The notes beneath the pieces are model-generated. The model did no database searches and was not told the DNA's origin. It worked only from the letters and a program-made list of their open reading frames with translations. A program made the translations under genes and the position numbers. This document shows positions 1-7,491 of a stretch of 64,000 bases of DNA, in pieces. Every line of letters starts with the position of its first letter. Position 1 is the first letter of the stretch. The stretch comes from a virus. The stretch lies in the IMG/VR virus record IMGVR_UViG_3300036940_000389. One strand, written 5' to 3'.

Positions 1-59
1 TGTCCAAAAAGTTTCCAGCAATTTCCAACACAGTTTCCTTTTTCATGACACAATCTCCT

Positions 60-269
60 TTAGTATAAATTTTCTTCAATACCTACACGTCCATATATTG
101 GGCGGGTCCAGCCAGATTTTGACAGCCAGACAATGCCTATTCCTCTACAAATAGAACATCGAATTCCGTCCTGTGCAGTTGATCCAAAACCATCACATCT
201 AGGACAAATTTTTTGCTCTCCGAATTCCATTTTACATTTTGAGTGATTATAAATTTTCCCCTTCCTCAT
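60..269 (-). CDS. small zinc-finger protein (DnaJ-type CxxCxGxG repeats)
   Basis: CPRCDGFG and CSICRGIG motifs; SD AAAGGAGA upstream. Confidence 0.7.
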   Translation of the reverse strand: MRKGKIYNHSKCKMEFGEQKICPRCDGFGSTAQDGIRCSICRGIGIVWLSKSGWTRPIYGRVGIEENLY

Positions 270-301
270 AGAAATTCTCTCCTTTGTTTAGAATTACAAA
301 A

Positions 302-368
302 GTTTAGTTCCTTCAATTGGATCTGGAACAAAATTTTCAGAAGTTCCAGATCCTATGAAAGATTAAAC
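302..368 (-). repeat. long imperfect stem-loop after stop codon (early-operon hairpin family)
   Basis: core GGATCTGGAAC/GTTCCAGATCC (319-329/343-353), extended by CTTTCA/TGAAGG and GTTTA/TAAAC. Confidence 0.75.
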
Positions 369-851
369 TATTTCAAGATTCATGCTTTCCATGTGATCAT
401 TCATGACTTGGTGGAAATAAGTTTCATCAAGTTGTTTGAGAATGTGCCCAGCATTGAATTCTTGTCCAGCAATATTTACTGGATAGTATTCATCTAGCAT
501 TTGAATTGTTAATTCCTCCCCTAATTCTTTAGTGATTGGGATTGGTTTGTCATCGTACTCATCTACCGTATCACTGAATGCCCGAGAGATTCCTTCATCA
601 TATGCTTCCCAGGCATCATCAGAATCCTCTCTCTCATTCAAATCCTTTGCGAAGAACTCAAATGGGGAGTACGTGCGGTAATTTTCCTCAGCCTCTGTCA
701 ACTCTTCCATGAATGCTTCTTTGAATACTTCTTTGTCCGCTTCTCTCATATTATCTACAGGATCAGGAGAGTTTGCCTGTGCAATTTGCTCTCCAACACG
801 ATAGCCCTCATTCTCCAGCTCTTCTAATGTCGCCTCTTTCCAGTCAGTCAT
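363..851 (-). CDS. acidic hypothetical protein
   Basis: 162-aa ORF, GAGGAGG SD, ATGA overlap with upstream gene. Confidence 0.8.
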   Translation of the reverse strand: MTDWKEATLEELENEGYRVGEQIAQANSPDPVDNMREADKEVFKEAFMEELTEAEENYRTYSPFEFFAKDLNEREDSDDAWEAYDEGISRAFSDTVDEYDDKPIPITKELGEELTIQMLDEYYPVNIAGQEFNAGHILKQLDETYFHQVMNDHMESMNLEIV

Positions 852-1090
852 AAATCCTCCTCTATGAAAGTGATGTTCGGTTGAAAAGGTTTCATAATAT
901 CAACATATGATTTTGCATGGTGTAGAGCTTTATTTCTGTTTTCTAAACTTTCCTGAATGTTATTTCCTATGTATTTATAAGCAACAATAAAGTGATGCCC
1001 TGACCACACAGAAAACTGCCCTTCCATGTAATCGAACAGATCCTTATTTTCCTCTGTTCGATTGGGATTATTACTTTGCTTCCTTTTCAT
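848..1090 (-). CDS. hypothetical protein
   Basis: ORF-track frame; start moved to ATG 1090 (MKRKQ), which overlaps the end of the upstream gene. Confidence 0.55.
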   Translation of the reverse strand: MKRKQSNNPNRTEENKDLFDYMEGQFSVWSGHHFIVAYKYIGNNIQESLENRNKALHHAKSYVDIMKPFQPNITFIEEDL

Positions 1091-1385
1091 AATTTCCGTC
1101 CATTTTAATTGCCAAATTAAGAAAATGATTTTCCGCATCCTTTTGACAATGATATCTTACAAGGTTGTAATCAATTTCATCTTCTTCGGGACCGAGCCAT
1201 TCAGGCTCATAATCCCAATAGAAGAATTGATCCCAAAAATGTTCTCCATCGATAAATCCTTTGATATCTATGCAGTTGTGGGAATCATCTTCAAACATGG
1301 AAATTCTGTTATTCTCATCCTTTTCAAAACGAACACCATGACCACACAAATACCCATGATCTGTGGGAAATTTGATATCTGCCAT
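1071..1385 (-). CDS. hypothetical protein
   Basis: 104-aa ORF, GAGGTG SD, tight packing. Confidence 0.75.
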   Translation of the reverse strand: MADIKFPTDHGYLCGHGVRFEKDENNRISMFEDDSHNCIDIKGFIDGEHFWDQFFYWDYEPEWLGPEEDEIDYNLVRYHCQKDAENHFLNLAIKMDGNYEKEAK

Positions 1386-1386
1386 A

Positions 1387-2034
1387 TTACATCACCTCAT
1401 AATGTTTGTAAGGAAATGCTTTGAGCTTGATCTTTTCCTTAGTCTCTCCATCAGACAAGAGAAGCCTGCTATACAGCTTTGGATCAAGATTTCCCAAAGT
1501 TACAGGACGATCAGCATCAGCGGCAAGTTCCCATGCCTCATCCCGATCAATGGTCCCATACATTCCAAAATCTTGTGCTGCTACTTCATAGGATCTTTCC
1601 AGCGCATTTACAATTTCCTCTATCTCTTCTTTTGTGAATTCTGGCAGTTCCATAACATTCTCCTTATTTTGTTTATAGGAAAGAAGTTCTTCCTTTCTTT
1701 CGGTTACTCTGCCAACGACATATTCCATTGGAAGTTCTGTACTGTTTTTTGATAATATACAGGGACAAGGCAGCATAAGTAATCGTCTTGGTTTGTTCAT
1801 TCTTTTAAAGAGCCAATAGAATCTCATTTCCTGCTCAAAGAGCATTACACAATCCCAACAACACCAAATCCTGTTTAATGGTGCCCTTTTAGGTTCATCT
1901 CCAAAACAAGAATGTGTTCCAAATAAATCAAGTGCTATATGCGCTGGACAAATTTTATCGGAACACTTACCATCTAGCTCTTTCTCCAATTCACTCAAAA
2001 CCATAAAATGCATTTGTTTTCTTTTTGGAGTCAT
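1387..2034 (-). CDS. Cys-rich protein (paralogue of 3487-3930) fused in frame to a second acidic ORF
   Basis: LDGKCSD..CP..NRIWCCxDC..PCPC shared with 3487-3930; internal TAAGGAGAATGTT-ATG at 1653 in frame. Confidence 0.75.
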   Translation of the reverse strand: MTPKRKQMHFMVLSELEKELDGKCSDKICPAHIALDLFGTHSCFGDEPKRAPLNRIWCCWDCVMLFEQEMRFYWLFKRMNKPRRLLMLPCPCILSKNSTELPMEYVVGRVTERKEELLSYKQNKENVMELPEFTKEEIEEIVNALERSYEVAAQDFGMYGTIDRDEAWELAADADRPVTLGNLDPKLYSRLLLSDGETKEKIKLKAFPYKHYEVM

Positions 2035-2044
2035 GATGTTTTCC

Positions 2045-2275
2045 TTATTTTGTTTTTGTTTCTATGAACAATTCCATTTCAACTTCGCTGCTTCCCATAT
2101 CTCCATGATAGATGGAAACAAATGCCCATTCTCCGAATAAAGTCATAAATGAGGTATTGTCCATTGATGCAATCCATGTGTCTGAATTTGAATAAATATG
2201 GACAACATCAGTATCCGTGCTGTCCTGAACTGCAACCACCTTAGTTTTTCTTGGATCTGACAATGGTGTGCTCAT
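2045..2275 (-). CDS. hypothetical protein
   Basis: 76-aa ORF, AAAGGAGA SD. Confidence 0.7.
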   Translation of the reverse strand: MSTPLSDPRKTKVVAVQDSTDTDVVHIYSNSDTWIASMDNTSFMTLFGEWAFVSIYHGDMGSSEVEMELFIETKTK

Positions 2276-2313
2276 AGAAATTCTCCTTTGTTAGGAATTA
2301 CAAAAATTTCAAA

Positions 2314-2337
2314 ATCCAACATCCAACATCCAACATC
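2314..2337. repeat. 7-bp tandem repeat (ATCCAAC x3.4; GTTGGAT on minus strand)
   Basis: ATCCAAC at 2314, 2321, 2328 plus ATC. Confidence 0.9.
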
Positions 2338-2385
2338 ATTGTCAGCTCCAAAGACATAATCCTTGGAGCTGATATGAGGTTAGAT
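2328..2385 (-). repeat. 58-nt imperfect stem-loop at stop codon (hairpin family)
   Basis: core TCAGCTCCAA/TTGGAGCTGA; outer ATCTAAC/GTTGGAT. Confidence 0.75.
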
Positions 2386-2766
2386 TATGTCTAGCTGTAC
2401 AGATAGAATTTTAGCTTCCTCGCCTGAGATGTATTCTTTCTCCACCATATTTCTCAGTGTTTTTTCAACTGCCACTTTGGCAGTCATTTGTATGCATGGA
2501 CATATTATTGCGGGTCTGACTTGAACAAATCCAGAACATATGCAGCAAGGAGAGCTATTAGGTTTCCATAAATCATCAGGATCACTATTTGGATCGAAAT
2601 CTGTGGTTGCGGGACATCCTAACTCATGTAAAGGATACTCTGCTTCTATATGTCTGGAGAACATTTCCAGAAGCCTATACACATGAATTTCCTCTGTGTA
2701 TTCAAACTCACCTTCATTCTCATAATTTTCAGGAAATATTTTGGGAAGTAATGAATCAGGATGCAT
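2380..2766 (-). CDS. Cys-rich hypothetical protein (distant member of the CP..CC..CPC family)
   Basis: GCPA, PCCICS, ICPCI; start reassigned using AAGGAG SD. Confidence 0.7.
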   Translation of the reverse strand: MHPDSLLPKIFPENYENEGEFEYTEEIHVYRLLEMFSRHIEAEYPLHELGCPATTDFDPNSDPDDLWKPNSSPCCICSGFVQVRPAIICPCIQMTAKVAVEKTLRNMVEKEYISGEEAKILSVQLDII

Positions 2767-3100
2767 GATCATTCTCCTTGTCTTGAGGAATAAGAATTTT
2801 CTCAAACCACTGAGACATGAGATATGCTACTCCTTCTATTTTATGCTCATGTTTTGGTTCAAAACTTCTCATAACATATGACAAATGGGCTACTGCTTTT
2901 GTTGTATCAATTCCTTCTTTTGGAATGACTTTTGTTCCTTCAGGAAGTCCTTTAAAGAACCATCGTTCCACAATTTCTACCCATTCTGATTTGTCAGCTT
3001 TTGTCCAATCGAATTCTTCAGGAATTTGATGTCTTTTAGGCAACAGTTCAAAAAACTTCTTCCCATAATAATTGCCGCTTGATACATCCTTAGGCTTCAT
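2756..3100 (-). CDS. conserved phage hypothetical protein
   Basis: WFFKGL..PKEGID..SFEPKHEHK..VAYL.S.WF pattern resembles a recurrent phage/prophage family (from recall, not searched); AAAGGAGA SD. Confidence 0.75.
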   Translation of the reverse strand: MKPKDVSSGNYYGKKFFELLPKRHQIPEEFDWTKADKSEWVEIVERWFFKGLPEGTKVIPKEGIDTTKAVAHLSYVMRSFEPKHEHKIEGVAYLMSQWFEKILIPQDKENDHAS

Positions 3101-3524
3101 TTTCAATCTCCTTTGCTTTTATTAAACATGGTCCCCCTTTCATCAGTTCCCTAACTGTGTCTGCGGAAATTTCAAAAATCTTGCCTCCTTGCTCAGTTGA
3201 TGTTGTTGGATCTTTCAGATAGAAAAACTTCACTTCCTCATCCCGAGAATTGAGCCAGTATTCAAGAATAGAATTGCGGCGACTGCTTCTGGCATCCTGT
3301 ATGTGAATAATATGAGTTCCGCATTTTCTCACAACCCAAATGTACTCAAGGAGAAGACTTCTTTTTTCAGCATCCCTTCCAATGATGTAGGCATCCCAGA
3401 GCATGTCGGAGTCATAAAGCTCAATATGCTCACTTCCTATACGGTGCATTTCAGACAATACCGATGGCATAAATGCCTCCTTCGAATCATAGAGTTTCTG
3501 ACCAATACATTTTTGCCAATTCAC
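3090..3524 (-). CDS. hypothetical protein
   Basis: 144-aa ORF, GTG start, overlaps neighbours. Confidence 0.7.
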   Translation of the reverse strand: MNWQKCIGQKLYDSKEAFMPSVLSEMHRIGSEHIELYDSDMLWDAYIIGRDAEKRSLLLEYIWVVRKCGTHIIHIQDARSSRRNSILEYWLNSRDEEVKFFYLKDPTTSTEQGGKIFEISADTVRELMKGGPCLIKAKEIENEA

Positions 3525-3930
3525 TTATTCTTTCCAACACCCTTTCTATTACTAATGGTCCAGGAAGATCATCAGGAAATCCGCATGATAATACACATGG
3601 ACATGGATATCTTGTCGATGTGTGAAATTTCTTTCCCCATCCTCTGATTTGTGATTCTGTTTTATTGAATCTTCTTTTTGCCAGCATATGAAGATTGGCA
3701 AAAGGACTGAACAATTCAACACAGTCTACACAACACCATATTCTGTTTCTTGTTTCGTCATAAATTCCTTTTGTGTTCTTTCCTTTTGTCTCTCCTGATC
3801 CAAAAAGTCTACTTGCTATATAGCTTGGACAAGATTCAAGCTCATCTGAGCATTTTCCATCAAGAACATGTTCCAATTCACGTAGCACTTCATAGTGCCA
3901 GAAAGCTCTTTTTTTGGTAATCGTTGCCAT
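3487..3930 (-). CDS. Cys-rich protein (paralogue of the 1387-2034 N-half)
   Basis: LDGKCSD, CPS, NRIWCCVDC, YPCPCVLS; GAGGTG SD before ATG 3930. Confidence 0.8.
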   Translation of the reverse strand: MATITKKRAFWHYEVLRELEHVLDGKCSDELESCPSYIASRLFGSGETKGKNTKGIYDETRNRIWCCVDCVELFSPFANLHMLAKRRFNKTESQIRGWGKKFHTSTRYPCPCVLSCGFPDDLPGPLVIERVLERISELAKMYWSETL

Positions 3931-3934
3931 CTTC

Positions 3935-4126
3935 TCACCTCTCATATTTACGTTTGCATTCTTCCCACACATCAGGAGTCACAGGAATGTCTTTTGGATT
4001 TCTGTCATAAGTGCTTTCCTGCCAAGAAACACATCCAGTAGGAATGCCACGACCTGATTTGTTCATTCCTACTGCTCCAGGCCAAATTGACGGAACCGAT
4101 TGTGAAGGATACTTTACTTTCGCCAT
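3935..4126 (-). CDS. small hypothetical protein
   Basis: 63-aa ORF, AAAGGAGA SD. Confidence 0.65.
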   Translation of the reverse strand: MAKVKYPSQSVPSIWPGAVGMNKSGRGIPTGCVSWQESTYDRNPKDIPVTPDVWEECKRKYER

Positions 4127-4154
4127 TCACACTCTCCTTTTTTGTTTGGGTTAT

Positions 4155-4217
4155 TTCCATCATTCGGTTCTGGAAATAAGGAATCTAAAATCAAAATTTC
4201 CAGAACCTCAGATAGAA
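4155..4217 (-). repeat. long stem-loop after stop codon (hairpin family)
   Basis: TTCTATC-TGA-GGTTCTGGAAAT / ATTTCCAGAACC-GAAT-GATGGAA. Confidence 0.8.
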
Positions 4218-4224
4218 TTAAATT

Positions 4225-4533
4225 TTACACCCAACGAATAACTCGGTATTTGAGCCTTTCGTTTTTCAAGTGATCAACCAGTATGATTTTGTCACCATAG
4301 TCAAGTATGGTTTCAGAGAGATAGTGGTGGGGTCTACCTCTTGGTAGTTTCTTGTGAAACTTCTCCAAGTCAAGATTCACTGCCTCCTCTTCCTCCATGT
4401 TCAAATAATTCCAGGATTGATTGACCCGCATCATTTCAGCCACCTGGATGTAATCAGCCTCATACACTCTGAGAGTACCATTCCTGTCGATCATTCTTGG
4501 AGTTATGTGGTTCACAAATATCAACCTGTTCAT
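4225..4533 (-). CDS. hypothetical protein
   Basis: ORF-track frame; start ATG 4533 with GAGGAG SD and ATGA overlap. Confidence 0.7.
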   Translation of the reverse strand: MNRLIFVNHITPRMIDRNGTLRVYEADYIQVAEMMRVNQSWNYLNMEEEEAVNLDLEKFHKKLPRGRPHHYLSETILDYGDKIILVDHLKNERLKYRVIRWV

Positions 4534-4694
4534 ACCAAAATCTCCTCTACTGTCTGGACAATTACGTGCCAGGGAGAATTCTTCTCGACCACAGCACAAA
4601 ATTCACCAACAACAACATCCCAACAATCTGTTATCAAGGACTCCTGAATCAGAACAGGAGTCATTTCGCCTTTGATTCTGATATTGATTTTCAT
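4530..4694 (-). CDS. small hypothetical protein (54 aa, not in ORF track)
   Basis: MKINIRIKGEMTPVLIQESL...EEILV*, AAAGGAGA SD, stop overlaps the next ATG. Confidence 0.65.
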   Translation of the reverse strand: MKINIRIKGEMTPVLIQESLITDCWDVVVGEFCAVVEKNSPWHVIVQTVEEILV

Positions 4695-4812
4695 GGTAAT
4701 TCTCCTTTTGCTTTTCCTTTGCTGTTTCCTTGCACGATAGACTCTGGCACGTAGCAGACAAGCACAAGGTCTGAAACGTGCAAGGAATGATGCATTCCGC
4801 TCAAAGGAAGCA

Positions 4813-4956
4813 CTACTGAACTCTTGCTTTACGTCTCACTTTGACAGTGGGCGCAGAAGGGGCAGAAACTGCCGCTGGTGGGCACTTCGGAAGGTCGTTT
4901 CTACTTTTCTTGGAAAAATTGACAAAGGATGCTTGATGGGCAGTAATCGTGTTCAT
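4813..4956 (-). CDS. small basic peptide (47 aa, not in ORF track)
   Basis: MNTITAHQASF...VRRKARVQ*, GGAGG SD 8 nt upstream. Confidence 0.45.
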   Translation of the reverse strand: MNTITAHQASFVNFSKKSRNDLPKCPPAAVSAPSAPTVKVRRKARVQ

Positions 4957-4985
4957 GGGGAAAACCTCCATGTTAGACATTAAAA

Positions 4986-5050
4986 CAAAAATCCCCTAGC
5001 CACAGCATCCTGGGATCATAAAAATCCCAGGACACAATGGGAGAGGATCT
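4986..5050 (-). repeat. long stem-loop after stop codon (hairpin family)
   Basis: GATCCTC..CCAT..TCCTGGGAT / ATCCCAGGA..GTGG..GGGGATT. Confidence 0.75.
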
Positions 5051-5053
5051 ACA

Positions 5054-5374
5054 TTATTCTCCTTCTGGTTCTGGATTAAATTCTTCGTACCATTCATCCC
5101 AAACACGTTCCACGTGCTTGGTGAAGTATTCTCTTCCTGCCATAGCTGCCGCATAAGCCATAGAAAGCTCATGGGCAAAATTACCCTCTCCTTTTTTCTC
5201 CAGGTGATGCATTTGGTTTTGGATCAGTTCGGATTGCTCCTCAAAATAGCCATAGTTGTTGGAAATGTGATCCAACGTAACGGCCAATGCTCTTCCTACT
5301 GGCTGATGAGTATGAATCCTCTCAGCCAATGTTTCCAACATGGTTAGGTCAGTGTGGATTGTGTACGGGATCAT
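5054..5374 (-). CDS. hypothetical protein
   Basis: 106-aa ORF, AAGGAGA SD. Confidence 0.75.
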   Translation of the reverse strand: MIPYTIHTDLTMLETLAERIHTHQPVGRALAVTLDHISNNYGYFEEQSELIQNQMHHLEKKGEGNFAHELSMAYAAAMAGREYFTKHVERVWDEWYEEFNPEPEGE

Positions 5375-5376
5375 AA

Positions 5377-5664
5377 TTACTCTCCTTCGAGGTCATCAAG
5401 TTCGGGGAAGTCAAATCCCCATGTCTCTCTCAATTCCTCCCGTTCCCATCCCTGAAGATATGCTTCTACCATATTTCTATGATAGGAATCACAAATCTCC
5501 CACTTCTGAAAAAATGAATTCCACCTAATAATAGTATCAATCATTGTTTCAGGACCATCTTCAGAATCCTGGGACTCATAAACGCCCTGGGCGTAAATCA
5601 CGCCCCGGATACTCACCACTCCGGTGATTCCAATTCTTTTTGAGTCTACCATGATATAGGCCAT
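5377..5664 (-). CDS. hypothetical protein
   Basis: 95-aa ORF, GGGAGG SD. Confidence 0.75.
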   Translation of the reverse strand: MAYIMVDSKRIGITGVVSIRGVIYAQGVYESQDSEDGPETMIDTIIRWNSFFQKWEICDSYHRNMVEAYLQGWEREELRETWGFDFPELDDLEGE

Positions 5665-5693
5665 AAATCCTCCCTGATTAAAGATTGGAAAAC

Positions 5694-5754
5694 CAAATCC
5701 TCTTACCAGTCAGCTCTAGGAATCATGTTCCTAGAGCCTCAGATACTAGGATCT
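5694..5754 (-). repeat. long stem-loop at stop codon (hairpin family, close homologue of 6221-6279)
   Basis: GATCCTAGTATCTGAGGCTCTAGGAA-CATGA-TTCCTAGAGCTGACTGGTAAGAGGATTTG. Confidence 0.85.
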
Positions 5755-6088
5755 ATTCAAACTCCTCAAATTCTACGTGGCAATCAATGGCTCCGCAGCC
5801 ATTTTGCAGTCCACACGTTTTCCCACAGGCTGTGCAGCAGGATTGATATGTTTCTACATTCAACTGTCCACAGATGGGACACACCTCAAGCCCATCTCCT
5901 GCAGGACAGACAATAAAATCCTCTTGGGAAATCTCTTCAGGGAAAATCCTTATTTTCTCCCCAGGATAATAATATGAGATTTCTCCATCACTTCCGTAAA
6001 CTTCCCACCAGCCATCAGAGCACCAGTGGGAATTTTCAGGCATTTCATTCCTATAATTTCCTGCATGATCCTTCAATAACATAATCAT
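5753..6088 (-). CDS. zinc-ribbon-like hypothetical protein
   Basis: CPICG, CCTACG, CGAIDC; AAAGGAGA SD. Confidence 0.75.
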   Translation of the reverse strand: MIMLLKDHAGNYRNEMPENSHWCSDGWWEVYGSDGEISYYYPGEKIRIFPEEISQEDFIVCPAGDGLEVCPICGQLNVETYQSCCTACGKTCGLQNGCGAIDCHVEFEEFE

Positions 6089-6094
6089 TCTCCT

Positions 6095-6190
6095 TTACAG
6101 TCCAAATACAAAAAACACATATGGGAATAAGAAGAGTATTCCCATGCCAACCAAAAATTTCAAAATTTCCATCATCAATTCTTTATCCAT
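6095..6190 (-). CDS. 31-aa membrane peptide (not in ORF track)
   Basis: MDKELMMEILKFLVGMGILFLFPYVFFVFGL*, AAGGAGG SD. Confidence 0.6.
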   Translation of the reverse strand: MDKELMMEILKFLVGMGILFLFPYVFFVFGL

Positions 6191-6220
6191 TGCGTTCCTC
6201 CTTATTATGAATTCCTAGAA

Positions 6221-6279
6221 CAAATCCTTTACCATTCAGCCCTGGGAAAATAAATTCCCAGAGCCTCAGATATAGGATC
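6221..6279 (-). repeat. long stem-loop at stop codon (hairpin family)
   Basis: GATCCTATATCTGAGGCTCTGGGAA-TTTATT-TTCCCAGGGCTGAATGGTAAAGGATTTG. Confidence 0.85.
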
Positions 6280-6802
6280 ATGCCACTGCTCTGTCCTCTT
6301 CCTTGTCTAATCTTTGGGATCCCCACGTTGCTCTCATGGTATCCCAATCAACTCCTTTACCCTTCCTATGATATTTCTCTGGCTTGATATACCAAGCCAG
6401 CTTGGTTTTGGAGAAGCCGACACCGCAATCAGCTTCCTTTCCAGCTTCTTTTATTACTTCCTTCACTGGTTTTGTATCACCAGTGATCCAGAGCCAGGAG
6501 CCTATCAGCTCCAACTCAATTCCAGGAATCCTCTTGAGAGTTTCATACGCCCTCAGGAGCTTGTCTCCAAGAAGCTCATTCCCTGTTGAGGGCTTCCCAC
6601 TCATCAGGTAGTCCTTCAAATCATTCCAACGATCTGAGGCCTCCTTATACGCCTCATTCACCATCTGCATGATCTCATTTCCTCGATCTCCTACCAAGTC
6701 AGGATGATATCTCTTGGCGAGATTTCGATACTTGGTCTTGAGATCCTCAAGACTGTTCTCAGTCTCAATTCCTAAAATGTCGATTACGGTTTGTAATTTC
6801 AT
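6278..6802 (-). CDS. J-domain (DnaJ-like) protein
   Basis: LKTKYRNLAKRYHPD..MQMVNEAY J-domain with HPD; C-terminal LIGSWLWITGDTKP..K..AWY domain. Confidence 0.85.
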   Translation of the reverse strand: MKLQTVIDILGIETENSLEDLKTKYRNLAKRYHPDLVGDRGNEIMQMVNEAYKEASDRWNDLKDYLMSGKPSTGNELLGDKLLRAYETLKRIPGIELELIGSWLWITGDTKPVKEVIKEAGKEADCGVGFSKTKLAWYIKPEKYHRKGKGVDWDTMRATWGSQRLDKEEDRAVA

Positions 6803-6933
6803 TGGGGAATACCTCCTTCTAATCTCTCCTAATATCTATTTTCTCAGGCCCTATCTCAGATTTTATTTAACATGAATAGAACATAATACACCTCCTTAAT
6901 AGATATTACATAACTCCAAATATGTGATACTGC

Positions 6934-6997
6934 ACAATCAGCACCATTTGGCCCCCCATACGACCCGAGCCGTATGGGGATCCTAAGGTGGGATTGT
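6934..6997 (-). repeat. long stem-loop after stop codon (hairpin family, divergent)
   Basis: ACAATC..CACC..CCCCATACG / CGTATGGGG..GGTG..GATTGT. Confidence 0.7.
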
Positions 6998-6999
6998 AG

Positions 7000-7491
7000 T
7001 TATTCGGATTCTTCCTGTTCGTATAGTGCAACAAATAATTCTGCACTATATGCGGGATCCAATGCGCCGTGTGAATAAAGCGAACGGATTGTGGCGCGGA
7101 TAGCATTCACATAACCGTTCTGCTTGGACTCTACACCGAGCATGTCCCTTGCCTCCTCCTCACTGAGCGTGGGATCCATTACCATGAGGTCAGCCAGTTG
7201 ACTGACCATTGCCTCTGAGTCTCCAAGGAGCCAGCGCCTAGTGGCACGTGCCCTCTTGGTGTACTGAGGGCCCTTAGGAGTCCGTTTACACCCTGTCCCT
7301 GTCCCTGTGGACTGGGTGGCTGCCTCGGCCTTGGCTTTGGCGTCCTCTTGAGCCTCAACCCGTGCCTTTTCTGAGGCAATGAGCCTCACCAGTGCCTTGA
7401 GAGGCAGTCCTTCAAACTCACCGGCGTCTTCGCCTGTGATCTGAACCAATTCCTGTACTGCATCCTTCTTAGTGATTGTTGCATTTGACAT
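7000..7491 (-). CDS. first gene of the leftward (early) unit, hypothetical
   Basis: 163-aa ORF, AGGAGGTG SD, GC-richer than the rest of the window. Confidence 0.8.
   Translation of the reverse strand: MSNATITKKDAVQELVQITGEDAGEFEGLPLKALVRLIASEKARVEAQEDAKAKAEAATQSTGTGTGCKRTPKGPQYTKRARATRRWLLGDSEAMVSQLADLMVMDPTLSEEEARDMLGVESKQNGYVNAIRATIRSLYSHGALDPAYSAELFVALYEQEESE

Noticed and set aside
6121-6145. Perfect 9-bp hairpin ATGGGAATA/TATTCCCAT as a member of the intergenic family
   Set aside because: Lies inside the 31-aa membrane ORF and lacks the extended lower stem and stop-codon position.
302-6997. Early-operon hairpins as ordinary intrinsic terminators
   Set aside because: No U tract after the stems on the transcribed strand, stems are about 60 nt with internal loops, and no promoter is evident after each one.
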